Shown one piece after another: positions 16,617-26,173 of a stretch of DNA of 32,000 bases. This DNA comes from Candidatus Heimdallarchaeota archaeon (GTDB taxonomy: Archaea > Asgardarchaeota > Heimdallarchaeia > Heimdallarchaeales > Heimdallarchaeaceae): NCBI GenBank assembly GCA_030668875.1, contig DAOVER010000018.1, positions 28,330 to 60,329 on the forward strand, written 5' to 3'. Within the stretch, counting starts at the first letter, position 1; the number at the start of each line of letters is the position of its first letter. A program made the position numbers and the translations under genes. Under the pieces are notes generated by a model. The model ran no database searches, was not told where the DNA came from, and saw nothing but the letters and a program-made list of their open reading frames with translations.

Positions 16617-17258
16617 TTACATGTCTCTAAGCATTTTTCGAATATATTCTAATGCAAATTGATGATATTCTTCGATATTGCCATATTCTGGAATTTTTTC
16701 TTGATCTCCAAAAAATTCTGTTTGAATAACACTCACAGTTCCATGAACAATTCCCCATATGAAAAAGGACAATTTGCCAACATCTTTCTCTTCTATTTCT
16801 CCTGCATCTACTGCTTTTTGGACGACTTCGCTTAAATAATAGATCGACTTAGAATCATATTGTTGTTCGAGTATTCCTGTTCTTTCTGCTTGAGGAGCTT
16901 GGATTTGAAACATCATTCTGTAGCGTTTCTCATCCTCTCTTGCAAACTCGAGGTAAAACTGAGCAATCTTTTCTAGAACTTCTTTGTAACTACCCTTATG
17001 AGCTTGCATAATTTCTGACATTCCGAGTTCAAATTTACTAAAATCATTTCTTAGAATAGCGAACCATAACTCTCTTTTACTAGAAATGTATGTGTATAGA
17101 CTTGCTTGACCCATGTTCAGCTTCTTTGCTAATTTGCGCATAGACACCCCCTCGGGGCCATGTTTAAGAAAAAGTTCACGACCTGTTTTGATTATTCGCT
17201 GAAATTGTTTATCCTTCGCTTCTACTGATCTCGCTCTTGTCTTCTTTTTCCCGCTCAT
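16617..17258 (-). CDS. TetR/AcrR-family regulator with WHG-type C-terminal domain
   Basis: GRELFLKHGPEGVSMRKLAKKLNMGQASLYTYISSKRELW, and FIWGIVHG. Confidence 0.93.
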   Translation of the reverse strand: MSGKKKTRARSVEAKDKQFQRIIKTGRELFLKHGPEGVSMRKLAKKLNMGQASLYTYISSKRELWFAILRNDFSKFELGMSEIMQAHKGSYKEVLEKIAQFYLEFAREDEKRYRMMFQIQAPQAERTGILEQQYDSKSIYYLSEVVQKAVDAGEIEEKDVGKLSFFIWGIVHGTVSVIQTEFFGDQEKIPEYGNIEEYHQFALEYIRKMLRDM

Positions 17259-17295
17259 AATTGTTCATTATTGTACACTCTAATAAAGTTTACTT

Positions 17296-17314
17296 AACCG
17301 AACAGTGTTCGTTT
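17296..17314. promoter_or_regulatory. Putative TetR operator 1
   Basis: AAC-CGAACAGTGTTCG-TTT inverted repeat in the divergent intergenic region. Confidence 0.7.
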
Positions 17315-17347
17315 AGAAACAGTTAAATATATCGCAGAGAAAAGATA

Positions 17348-17364
17348 ATCGAACAACGTTCGGT
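17348..17364. promoter_or_regulatory. Putative TetR operator 2
   Basis: AT-CGAACAACGTTCG-GT, the same CGAAC-N3-GTTCG core, just upstream of the AAGGTG RBS of the SDR gene. Confidence 0.7.
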
Positions 17365-17376
17365 AAGGTGTAATAA

Positions 17377-18345
17377 ATGAGTAAAGCAAACAAAAAGAAG
17401 ATTGATGGGAAAGCTGTTGTATTAGGAGCAACAGGAGGTATTGGATCAGCAGTTGTTTTTGAATTAGCGAAGAGAGAAAGGTCTGTAATTGTTGTAGCAA
17501 GAAGCACAAAAAAAGCAAAGAAACTATTTCAAGATATTAATGTTGGAATTAGATGTGCTGATTTAATGGATCAAGAAGAAACCATAAACGCAGTTCAAGG
17601 TGCAGACGTAGTTTATCACTGCGTTGGCATTAATTATACAAAGTGGTTAAAAGAATTCCCGATTATCAATGATAACATTCTATCAGCTGTTAACGAAGTT
17701 GGAGCTAATCTGGTTTTTGCAGATAATTTGTACATGTATGGAAAAATGCAAGGAGATAAGATATCTGAGGAACATCCACTTAATGCTAAAGGTAAGAAAG
17801 GAAAACTTCGCATGCGTTTAGCAAAACAGATACTTGATTCTCATTCTAAAGGTGAAATCAATGCAGTTATCGTACGTTTTGGTGATTTTTATGGTCCCAA
17901 TGTTGCTAATGGATTTACTAAACCACTACTAGAAAATCCAGTCAAGGGTAAAGCAGCAACATGGTTAGTAGATTTAGATAAGAAACATTCAATGATCTAT
18001 ATACGTGATGCAGCAAAAGGAATGGTAAATCTATCAGAAGATCTAAATTCTTATGGACAAATTTTTCATGTCGAAGGAGCCGAACCTGTCACAGGTCGAG
18101 AATTCATCACTATGATCTTTCAAGAACTAAATCAAGAACCAAAAATGAAAGTACTAAGTGAAGGTACAATTAATATTCTGTCAGTATTCTTACCTATTGT
18201 AAAGGAACTTAAAGAATTAAACTATGAGTGGAAATACCCATTTATAATTGATGGAACAAAATATGCTTCAACATTTAATACAAAGGAACATACAGCTCAT
18301 AACGTAGCTATCAAAGAGACATTGAATTGGTTTAAACAGAACTGA
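17377..18345 (+). CDS. NAD-dependent epimerase/dehydratase family (atypical SDR)
   Basis: GATGGIG, VYHCVG, DNLYMYG, GKKGKLR, RFGDFYGP. Confidence 0.88.
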   Translation: MSKANKKKIDGKAVVLGATGGIGSAVVFELAKRERSVIVVARSTKKAKKLFQDINVGIRCADLMDQEETINAVQGADVVYHCVGINYTKWLKEFPIINDNILSAVNEVGANLVFADNLYMYGKMQGDKISEEHPLNAKGKKGKLRMRLAKQILDSHSKGEINAVIVRFGDFYGPNVANGFTKPLLENPVKGKAATWLVDLDKKHSMIYIRDAAKGMVNLSEDLNSYGQIFHVEGAEPVTGREFITMIFQELNQEPKMKVLSEGTINILSVFLPIVKELKELNYEWKYPFIIDGTKYASTFNTKEHTAHNVAIKETLNWFKQN

Positions 18346-18367
18346 AGAAGAAGTAATTTCTCTTCTC

Positions 18368-18886
18368 TTATTCTTTTTTTTCTATGGTTTTATATTTCGT
18401 TCTTATATGATAAAATATTGCATAACCATACTCAAATATCATTATTAGAATTAGAAGATCCCCTAAAAGATAGTACCAATAATTTACCCAACCACAGTAG
18501 TTGAGATGATATAGAGCTATTGTTATTCTTCTTACAACTGAATAAGTAATAGCTACTCCTCTTATTATCATGAAAGTTCGAAAAATAGATTTCTTTGCAA
18601 CTTCAGTTATAATATTCCCAAAATTAGCAAAAGAAAATAATAGAGTAAATAAGAGAAGAACAAGAAGACCTGGGTTAAGTCTATACTGTGTACAAATTAA
18701 ATTCCCATCAAGTCTTAATGTGAAGAGAAAACTTTCAAAAAATGCAATCACGAAATATAAAAAAGCTAACTCTGCAAATATTGGCATCTTGAAAATTTTC
18801 ATGAATCCTGACATGGAATATTTGGTTTCTTTCATTCTATCTGTATTATCATGGTGTTTATACTTATTAAGAATTAGTGAAAACAA
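18368..18886 (-). CDS. Hypothetical 4-TM protein with two loop cysteines (paralogue of 3653-4150)
   Basis: CTQYRLNPG and RITIALYHLNYCGWVNYWYYLLGD motifs align without gaps to 3653-4150. Confidence 0.65.
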   Translation of the reverse strand: MFSLILNKYKHHDNTDRMKETKYSMSGFMKIFKMPIFAELAFLYFVIAFFESFLFTLRLDGNLICTQYRLNPGLLVLLLFTLLFSFANFGNIITEVAKKSIFRTFMIIRGVAITYSVVRRITIALYHLNYCGWVNYWYYLLGDLLILIMIFEYGYAIFYHIRTKYKTIEKKE

Positions 18887-18895
18887 GGGAAAGTG

Positions 18896-19276
18896 TTATG
18901 ATTGAGTTCCATTATAGAATCTGAACTCACGCTCTTCCTTCAATCTTTTACCCTTAATTCCTTGGAATGAAATAAACGAACCAACAGCAATTCCAACGAT
19001 AGGTATCCAAATACAAATTGCGATTATCATCCAACCAGCATCCCATTGTAGATTGATATAAAGTAGGAAACCACCTTGGAGAATGAAGATACTTATTGCT
19101 ATAATGCCTACTATCATTTGTCTTTTCCATACTCCCATCATCATACATTCTTTAGAACAATACTTTCTCCCCCCAAAATTGGATTGATATATTCGTTCCC
19201 TTCCGTACTTGCTTCGTCTAGTTCCTTTAATCTTAGTGGATCCACAGATATAACAGTGTATACTTCGACCTATCAT
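18896..19276 (-). CDS. Treble-clef/TRASH-like zinc finger + 2 TM protein
   Basis: CYIC...YCSKEC followed by two hydrophobic helices and a basic tail; 9 bp upstream of 18368-18886. Confidence 0.65.
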   Translation of the reverse strand: MIGRSIHCYICGSTKIKGTRRSKYGRERIYQSNFGGRKYCSKECMMMGVWKRQMIVGIIAISIFILQGGFLLYINLQWDAGWMIIAICIWIPIVGIAVGSFISFQGIKGKRLKEEREFRFYNGTQS

Positions 19277-19452
19277 ATTTACACCAAAGAAATAATATTG
19301 TATAGTTGTTTCATTGGCTTTTTAAAAAGTTTCTTAGATATTAAAATCTCCAAGTTCCTCCAGGTTTCCTCTTTTATCCTTAGAATTTTATCTTCAAAGT
19401 TATGCAGAATACTTATAGATTATGAATTCAATTATTGTTTTGGTGAACTACA

Positions 19453-21234
19453 GTGAAAGTGAAAAGAATTGCCTTGATTTTTATGGTAATGTTGTTAATG
19501 ATAATTCCTATTTCTTCTATAACAAATTCAGAAATTCATGAAAATATGACAGAGCAATCTGTAATTGAAAAAGATCTGTCTTCGTGGTGGTGGGAACCTC
19601 TAGAACTTATTACTCCTGAGTTTGATGTAGCTAATTATATTTCAAATCTAGCAATAGATAAAGATAACAATATCCATACAATCACATATAGTTCAGATGA
19701 TATCCTATCAGCTGGAACTGATATAGACGTTTTCTATAAGAAGTATGATTACTCAACTAAAACCTGGGGGGAGATGGAGCTTGTTTCTACTGAAAGCACT
19801 GCTCATTCTCAACGTCCGTGTATAGCCGTTGATCATGAAAATACTGCTCATGTAGTTTGGTATGATACAACCAACATCCTTGGATCAGGTGTTGATGCTG
19901 ACATTTTCTATAAACAAAGAACTTCTTCGGGATGGGGAGCAGTTGAACTTGTTTCGACTGAAAGTAGTGGTAATTCATATATCCCGTGGATAGTTGTTGA
20001 TTCTAATGGCGTAGTCCATGTTTCATGGGAAGATTTGACAGATTATCTAAGTTGTGGTGGAGATAGTGACATCTTCTACAAATATAGATCCTTAAGTGAC
20101 GTTTGGTCTACCTCACAAGTTGTATCAGATTCTAGCACAGCCCAATCTACAGAAGCAGTTATTGCTCTAGGTGAACAAGGGTCTATAATCTTTGTTTGGG
20201 AAGATGATACAGACTATGCTGGGGCAGGTATTGACCAAGATATATTCTTCAGAAAATTGAAAAATGGCTTTATAACTTGGTATCCGGTAAGCGTAGTAAG
20301 TTCAGAATCTACATCTGATTCTTACACACCAGCTATATCAAATGAGGCAGGGGGATTATATCATGTTGTTTGGTACGATATAACAAACTATAATGGAGCA
20401 GGTGTTGATCAAGACATTTTTTACAAAAGCTGTAGTACAAGCTCAAATACTTGGAGTATGACTGAAGTTTTATCTCCTGAAAGCCCAGTAAATTCTTTTA
20501 ACAGTGATTTAGTTGTAGATGAAGAGTATGTATATGTCGTCTGGAGAGAATGCATGAGTATTGGTGGTGTGGGTGATTCTAATAACGTTTTCTTAAAGTA
20601 TCTTGATTTAGATACGAAAACTTGGTCACCATACACTGTTTTAACCTATGATCATGATAGTTATGGTGATCGCCCAAAAATAGATATAGATTCTTTGGGC
20701 CATCTGCATGTTATTTGGTTAGATACAACTGATCACTTGTTAGGTTCAGGTATAGATACAGATCTTTTCTACAAGAAATTTGTAGGAACCCCTATGCAAC
20801 CATTCTTAGCTGAAATAAACCCAAATCCTATCTCTGTTGGAAATATTTCTTTGAACTGGTTATCTGTTCAAGATGCAATAAGTTATGAAATATATAGAGA
20901 AACTTCATTCTTCTCCTCAGTTTCAGGATTGACGGCAATAGATACTTCTACAACTACAGCGTATACCGACACCGTTGAGACGACAGGATATTATTATTAC
21001 GCTGTTGTAGCTACAAACGAATATGGAGAAAGTCTTGTCTCAAATGTTGAGTTTGTTGAAGTCATAGAAGAAACTTCTACAGGTATCTTTTCTTCGCTCG
21101 AAATTGGTGAGTTACTAATCTTTGCTGGAATTGTTCTAGGCTTACAACTGATATTTTTCTTGCTAACTATCACTCTTATTAATAGTAAAATTCAATCTAC
21201 GTCCAAACCTAAAACAGGAAAGAAGAAAAAGTAA
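19453..21234 (+). CDS. Surface protein: 7-bladed beta-propeller + FN3-like domain + C-terminal TM anchor (copy 1)
   Basis: Signal peptide; seven ~58-aa repeats (W..E.VS.ES...S..P.I.VD...HVVW.D......D.DIFYK); FN3-like ISLNW...YEIYR...YYYAVVATNEYG; TM plus KKKK. Confidence 0.8.
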   Translation: MKVKRIALIFMVMLLMIIPISSITNSEIHENMTEQSVIEKDLSSWWWEPLELITPEFDVANYISNLAIDKDNNIHTITYSSDDILSAGTDIDVFYKKYDYSTKTWGEMELVSTESTAHSQRPCIAVDHENTAHVVWYDTTNILGSGVDADIFYKQRTSSGWGAVELVSTESSGNSYIPWIVVDSNGVVHVSWEDLTDYLSCGGDSDIFYKYRSLSDVWSTSQVVSDSSTAQSTEAVIALGEQGSIIFVWEDDTDYAGAGIDQDIFFRKLKNGFITWYPVSVVSSESTSDSYTPAISNEAGGLYHVVWYDITNYNGAGVDQDIFYKSCSTSSNTWSMTEVLSPESPVNSFNSDLVVDEEYVYVVWRECMSIGGVGDSNNVFLKYLDLDTKTWSPYTVLTYDHDSYGDRPKIDIDSLGHLHVIWLDTTDHLLGSGIDTDLFYKKFVGTPMQPFLAEINPNPISVGNISLNWLSVQDAISYEIYRETSFFSSVSGLTAIDTSTTTAYTDTVETTGYYYYAVVATNEYGESLVSNVEFVEVIEETSTGIFSSLEIGELLIFAGIVLGLQLIFFLLTITLINSKIQSTSKPKTGKKKK

Positions 21235-21404
21235 TTCTTCTTCTTTTCATTTTTCCTTTTGTTTTACAATATAAAATAATACTTTCAATCTAATCATTGA
21301 ATGGTTTTATTCTGATGTTTTGATTTTTTAATGGAATTTTATCCTTAAAGGTTAGCAGAATATTTATAGATTAAGAACATTACAGTTGTATTTGGTGAAC
21401 TTCA

Positions 21405-23186
21405 GTGAAATTGAAAAGAATTGCTAGTATTTTTATGATAATGTTGTTAATGATAATTCCAATATCTTCGTTAACAAACTCAATGATATATGAGAATATG
21501 ACAGAACAATCTGTAAATAACAAAGATCTATCTTCTTGGTGGTGGGAACCACTGGAACTAATTTCCACAGAATTTGATACACCTAATTCTTATTCTAGAA
21601 TCGCTGTTGATAACAGAAATGATATACACATAGTAACCTCCTCAGGTGAAGATATTCTGAGTGCAGGAACTGACTTAGACGTGTTTTATAAGAAATTTGA
21701 TTATGTAACTAAGAGCTGGTCTGAACTAGAACTTGTATCAACTGGTAGTTCAAGTTTTTCTGAAGCGTCTGAAATTGCTATTGATTCAGCAGGCTCAATA
21801 CATATAGTATGGCTTGAATCAGATGATATTTTGGGATCAGGTCCTGATAGAGATATCTGTTATAGGGGAAAAACTTCTTCTGGATGGGGCTCTATTGAAC
21901 TTGTTTCAGTAGAAAGTGACAGTACATCTACTTACGTATCGATAGTAGCTGATTCAAATGGTGTAACACATGTTGTTTGGGAGGATTTTGCAGATATCAT
22001 AATCGTTGATGGGGATCAAGATATTTATTACAAACATAGATCTGCAGTAGGGATTTGGTCCGCAGCTGAAATAGTTACGGATTTAAGTATACAATCTGCA
22101 TATAATCCAGAAATACAACTTGATTCACAAGAAAACGTAATAATAGCTTGGAATGATCTCTCAAATATTTTAGGATCTGGTGCCGACCAAGATGTATTTT
22201 ATCGACAACTGGACAAAGATCTCATTACTTGGTCTCCTTTAAAATTAATAAGTTCCGAAAGTGATAGCACATCTGCATCACCTAGTCTTTCTAAAGGAGT
22301 AGATGGTATGATTCACATTGTTTGGTACGACTATTCAGATTATGAAGGAGCAGGAACTGACGCTGATATTTTCTATAAGAGCTATGACTCCAGTCTTGAT
22401 TCATGGTCAATCTCAGACATTGCTTCAACAGAGAGTACAGGAACTTCTTTTCGTCCAGAAGTTGAAGTTGATGGTACAAATAGTATTTATGTTATTTGGG
22501 AAGATACCACAGATGTTGGTGGAGGAGGTACAGGTAATAATATCTTATTCAAGTATCTTGATTTAAATACACACACTTGGTCTTCTTTAGCTATTCTTAC
22601 TTATAACAACATAGCTAGTTCTTTCTACCCAGATTTAGTGGTTGATTCTTTAGGTCATGTGCATACGATTTTCCTCGATAATGATCCAAGTTTATTGGGT
22701 TCAAGTGCAGATAATGATATTTTCTACAAGAAATTTGTAGGAACTCCTATACAACCCATCTTAGAAAAAATAAATCCAAATCCTGCATCTATGGGAAACA
22801 TTTCATTGAGCTGGTCGTTAGTACAAGATGCTACTACTTATGAAATATATAAAGAACTTTCTCAATTTTCCTCAACTTCAGGATTGACAGCAATTGATAC
22901 TTCTACTACTGCATCTTATACTGATACTGTTAATGCAACCGGTTACTATTATTACGCCATTGTAGCTACAAATGAATATGGAAAAAGTCTTGTCTCAAAT
23001 GTTGAGTTTGTTGAAATTATAGAAGGAACTTCTACAGGAATCTTTGCTTCACTCGAAATTGGTGAATTACTGATCTTTGGTGGAATTGTTTTAGGAATGC
23101 AACTGATATTTTTCTTACTAACTATTACTCTTATTAGTAGTAAAATTCAATCTATAGCTAAACCTAAAACCAGGAAGAAGAAGTAA
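21405..23186 (+). CDS. Surface protein: 7-bladed beta-propeller + FN3-like domain + C-terminal TM anchor (copy 2, tandem paralogue)
   Basis: Same length (593 aa) and architecture as copy 1, and the upstream region is also duplicated. Confidence 0.8.
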   Translation: MKLKRIASIFMIMLLMIIPISSLTNSMIYENMTEQSVNNKDLSSWWWEPLELISTEFDTPNSYSRIAVDNRNDIHIVTSSGEDILSAGTDLDVFYKKFDYVTKSWSELELVSTGSSSFSEASEIAIDSAGSIHIVWLESDDILGSGPDRDICYRGKTSSGWGSIELVSVESDSTSTYVSIVADSNGVTHVVWEDFADIIIVDGDQDIYYKHRSAVGIWSAAEIVTDLSIQSAYNPEIQLDSQENVIIAWNDLSNILGSGADQDVFYRQLDKDLITWSPLKLISSESDSTSASPSLSKGVDGMIHIVWYDYSDYEGAGTDADIFYKSYDSSLDSWSISDIASTESTGTSFRPEVEVDGTNSIYVIWEDTTDVGGGGTGNNILFKYLDLNTHTWSSLAILTYNNIASSFYPDLVVDSLGHVHTIFLDNDPSLLGSSADNDIFYKKFVGTPIQPILEKINPNPASMGNISLSWSLVQDATTYEIYKELSQFSSTSGLTAIDTSTTASYTDTVNATGYYYYAIVATNEYGKSLVSNVEFVEIIEGTSTGIFASLEIGELLIFGGIVLGMQLIFFLLTITLISSKIQSIAKPKTRKKK

Positions 23187-23252
23187 TTCTTCCTTTTTTT
23201 CTTTAATTAATCCAAACGGAATTGATATATTGCATGATATGAATTATAATCT

Positions 23253-24593
23253 ATGTTCAATCCTTTGAGATTCCTGTGGAGAGTTAACAGTCGGTTTAAG
23301 AGCTGGGATGAAGAGGATATTAATAAATATCAAGGGAAACAAATCAAGAAATTGATAAAACACGCAAACAAGAAATCAAGGTTTTACTCTACTTTCTATA
23401 GTAGTTATAACATAGATGATTTCAGCAATTTGCCATTTATGAATAAACAGCTATTCATGGATAATTTTACCCAATTGAATACTGTAGGATTAACCAGAGA
23501 AGAATGCATTAATCACTGTCTAGAAAAAGAACAAAGTCGAGACTTTAGCGAATACTACAAAGGCTATTTAGTTGGTATGTCAACAGGTACAAGTGGTAAT
23601 AGAGGTCTCGAGTTTGTTTCTAAAATGGAAGCTTTCTTTATGCAATTGTTAGTTTTCTTTCGCTTTCCTTTCCCTAAAACTAAGAAAATTCACCTAGCTT
23701 TTATTCTACGTGTTTTTTCACCAGGTTTTGGGCATAATGGTAGGAAAATCCGCATAACTTACGTTAGCCCTCTAGATACAATAGAAGCTATAATTGAAAA
23801 ATTGAACACGCTTAATCCAAATTTAATCTCAGGACCACCTTCAGTTTTGCAGGTATTAGCAAGAGCAAGGAATGAAGGGTCACTGAAAGTTTCTCCCTTA
23901 TTGATTATCTCCTATGGAGAAGTACTTTCATCAAACGTGAAGAAAATCGTTGAGAAAGATTTCAATTGTTCTGTTGTGGATGTATACAAATCATCTGAGA
24001 GCTTTATTGCTCTCCCATGTAAGCATGGGAATTTGCATATTAATGAAGACACAACATTTATTGAAGTTCTAGATAAGAATAATAAACCTGTAGAACCTGG
24101 GAAACCCGGTTTTGTTGTTGTAACTGATTTTATTAAACGTAAGACTCCAATTATCAGATACAAGCTTAATGATTTGATAACTATAGACCCAAAACCTTGT
24201 TCTTGTGGTTCTAAATTCCGTGTAATCAAAGAGGTTCATGGTAGAGCAGATGACATCATCCTTGGTAAAAAAATCGGTAGTGATGAACTGCGATTTATCT
24301 TACCTGATTATATTCGTAGATCTATAATCAGTTCCTCAGAATATATTGAGGAATATAATGCGATACAAACTTCTCCCGAGAATCTGACTATCAAACTTCA
24401 GCTAGTTGCTAATGTGGAAAAACAGGCAAAGAAAGATATAGAACGAACCATTCAGCAAAGTTTGGAGAGTATATTTTCTAAACATGACAGTGAAGTACCT
24501 GAAATAGAATTTCTGTACATATCGATCAAACAAGATTTCGATAAAAAACTACGAAGAATACAAAGAAACTTCGAGGAAGATTTTTTAAATTAG
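23253..24593 (+). CDS. F390 synthetase/phenylacetate-CoA ligase-like adenylate-forming enzyme
   Basis: STGTSGNRG P-loop, GEVL, DVYKSSE, LHINED, IIRYKLND, V.GRADD. Confidence 0.8.
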   Translation: MFNPLRFLWRVNSRFKSWDEEDINKYQGKQIKKLIKHANKKSRFYSTFYSSYNIDDFSNLPFMNKQLFMDNFTQLNTVGLTREECINHCLEKEQSRDFSEYYKGYLVGMSTGTSGNRGLEFVSKMEAFFMQLLVFFRFPFPKTKKIHLAFILRVFSPGFGHNGRKIRITYVSPLDTIEAIIEKLNTLNPNLISGPPSVLQVLARARNEGSLKVSPLLIISYGEVLSSNVKKIVEKDFNCSVVDVYKSSESFIALPCKHGNLHINEDTTFIEVLDKNNKPVEPGKPGFVVVTDFIKRKTPIIRYKLNDLITIDPKPCSCGSKFRVIKEVHGRADDIILGKKIGSDELRFILPDYIRRSIISSSEYIEEYNAIQTSPENLTIKLQLVANVEKQAKKDIERTIQQSLESIFSKHDSEVPEIEFLYISIKQDFDKKLRRIQRNFEEDFLN

Positions 24594-24608
24594 CCAATCA
24601 TATTTTTA

Positions 24609-25958
24609 TTGTTTCACATGACATTAGAGCAGATTTCTACTACTTCTATCCCTATAGAGAGTGATTTGTCAGAACTTCCAGAAAGAAAATCTAAGCGATG
24701 GCTCGTTTTTGATTATGTCCGTGCGATAGGTATTATTCTTGTAATCTTCCTTCATGGATCAGTATACCATTACGGGCTGTTAACATCAATCAACTTGGAA
24801 GAATTGAGTGTTTTCTTAATGGTAATGTATATCATTTTAAATTGGGCAGGATTATTTGCTCTAATTTCAGCAGTAGTCAATACTTACTCAAGTTATCTAA
24901 GGTTAGAACAGAACTTTGAGAATGATGTAAAACATCCCGCGTGGAAGGCTTTTGGAAGAAGATGGTGCTTCTTAGGTGTCTTCTTTTTGCTCCTTAATTT
25001 TCTTTATACTTATCTAGTTAGCCCTCCAAACTTGAATATTGAAACACATTCTCTCAGTCATTCTTTCTTAGCCGGTGTTATTAGGACAGGGGGATTTTAT
25101 TCAGTCTCAGCTGAAAAAATGCTTCATGGTTCTGTATTCACCATGTTAGGTTGGAATCTGATAATAATGGGATTGGTATTCACACTCATCTTTAGAAAAG
25201 CTGAAAATTACAAGAAAAGGGATCGAAGAATTCTAGTGCTAATACTTGGAATAATAATTATATTGGTATCCTTCTTACGAATATATCTCTACGATGATTT
25301 CGATGGCGCAATTCAAAATGGAAATTACTTTGTTGCTTATCTGATTGATATTCTCGCAGGAAACTATTTTCCTATTTTACCTTATCTAGGATTTGGGTTT
25401 ATAGGTGCTTATTTTGGTATGGTTTTAGCTGATAATCCCACTAAAAAGAAAATAAGCAGATTGATTTGGATAGGTGTTGGATGGCTTCTTTCAGCAGCAA
25501 TCGCTTTCTTCATTCCTGACTCCATTTACAAAAATCTAGGCTTACTAAATGATATTTTCTTTGATTACATTATCGTAATGTTCGAAATTGGATTCTTTAT
25601 TGTGGTAGGATCAATATTAATGATAGGAATGTTTGATAAAAGAGTTGAAAAAAGCGATTTTATTGAGAGTGGTAGTAAGAAAAAGTTCTCAACTATTTTT
25701 CTCAGATTTAGTAGAAACTCACTAACATTTTTCTTGCTTGAACGACCAATATCTGAATTGGTTGCATTGTTACTAAATACGATAATACCTGGTTGGAATG
25801 ATTACATTTGGACAAGTATGCTTTTCGGATTATTCATGGTCTTATTCTGGTTTCTAATAGCATTTCTATGGAATATGGTTGATTTCAAAGGTTCATTCGA
25901 ATGGTTATTGTCTAAAATGTTCAAAATAACCAAGTATCAGACTGATAAGAGATACTAA
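24609..25958 (+). CDS. Multi-TM acyltransferase-like protein (HGSNAT/DUF1624-like); likely start ATG 24618
   Basis: R...FDYVRAIGIILVIFLH, YFPILPYLGF...G..FG, F.RFSRNSLTFF, GSFEW; 15 bp after the adenylating enzyme. Confidence 0.65.
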   Translation: MFHMTLEQISTTSIPIESDLSELPERKSKRWLVFDYVRAIGIILVIFLHGSVYHYGLLTSINLEELSVFLMVMYIILNWAGLFALISAVVNTYSSYLRLEQNFENDVKHPAWKAFGRRWCFLGVFFLLLNFLYTYLVSPPNLNIETHSLSHSFLAGVIRTGGFYSVSAEKMLHGSVFTMLGWNLIIMGLVFTLIFRKAENYKKRDRRILVLILGIIIILVSFLRIYLYDDFDGAIQNGNYFVAYLIDILAGNYFPILPYLGFGFIGAYFGMVLADNPTKKKISRLIWIGVGWLLSAAIAFFIPDSIYKNLGLLNDIFFDYIIVMFEIGFFIVVGSILMIGMFDKRVEKSDFIESGSKKKFSTIFLRFSRNSLTFFLLERPISELVALLLNTIIPGWNDYIWTSMLFGLFMVLFWFLIAFLWNMVDFKGSFEWLLSKMFKITKYQTDKRY

Positions 25959-26173
25959 ATAGATAATTTGTATGTGATTAGTTTACTATTCTATTTACTA
26001 AATTGTTTAGTTATTCTCTCTCTGAAGCTGCTTTTCCTCCTTAAGGTACCAAGTTGACAGAAGGAAATCAGAAACCCCTCTTCTTAATTCTAAGACTGTG
26101 TAACTACAATTCATAATACTTAAATAGAAACAATAAAACAATCGAAGTAGATATAATTCTGGGGATAAATAAT

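Noticed and set aside
17296-17364. Gram-positive LexA (Cheo) boxes
   Set aside because: The spacer is N3 rather than N4, and the sites sit between TetR and its divergent partner, not at DNA-repair genes.
19453-23186. Diversity-generating retroelement TR/VR pair
   Set aside because: Differences span the whole gene and all bases, both copies are intact genes, and there is no reverse transcriptase in the window.
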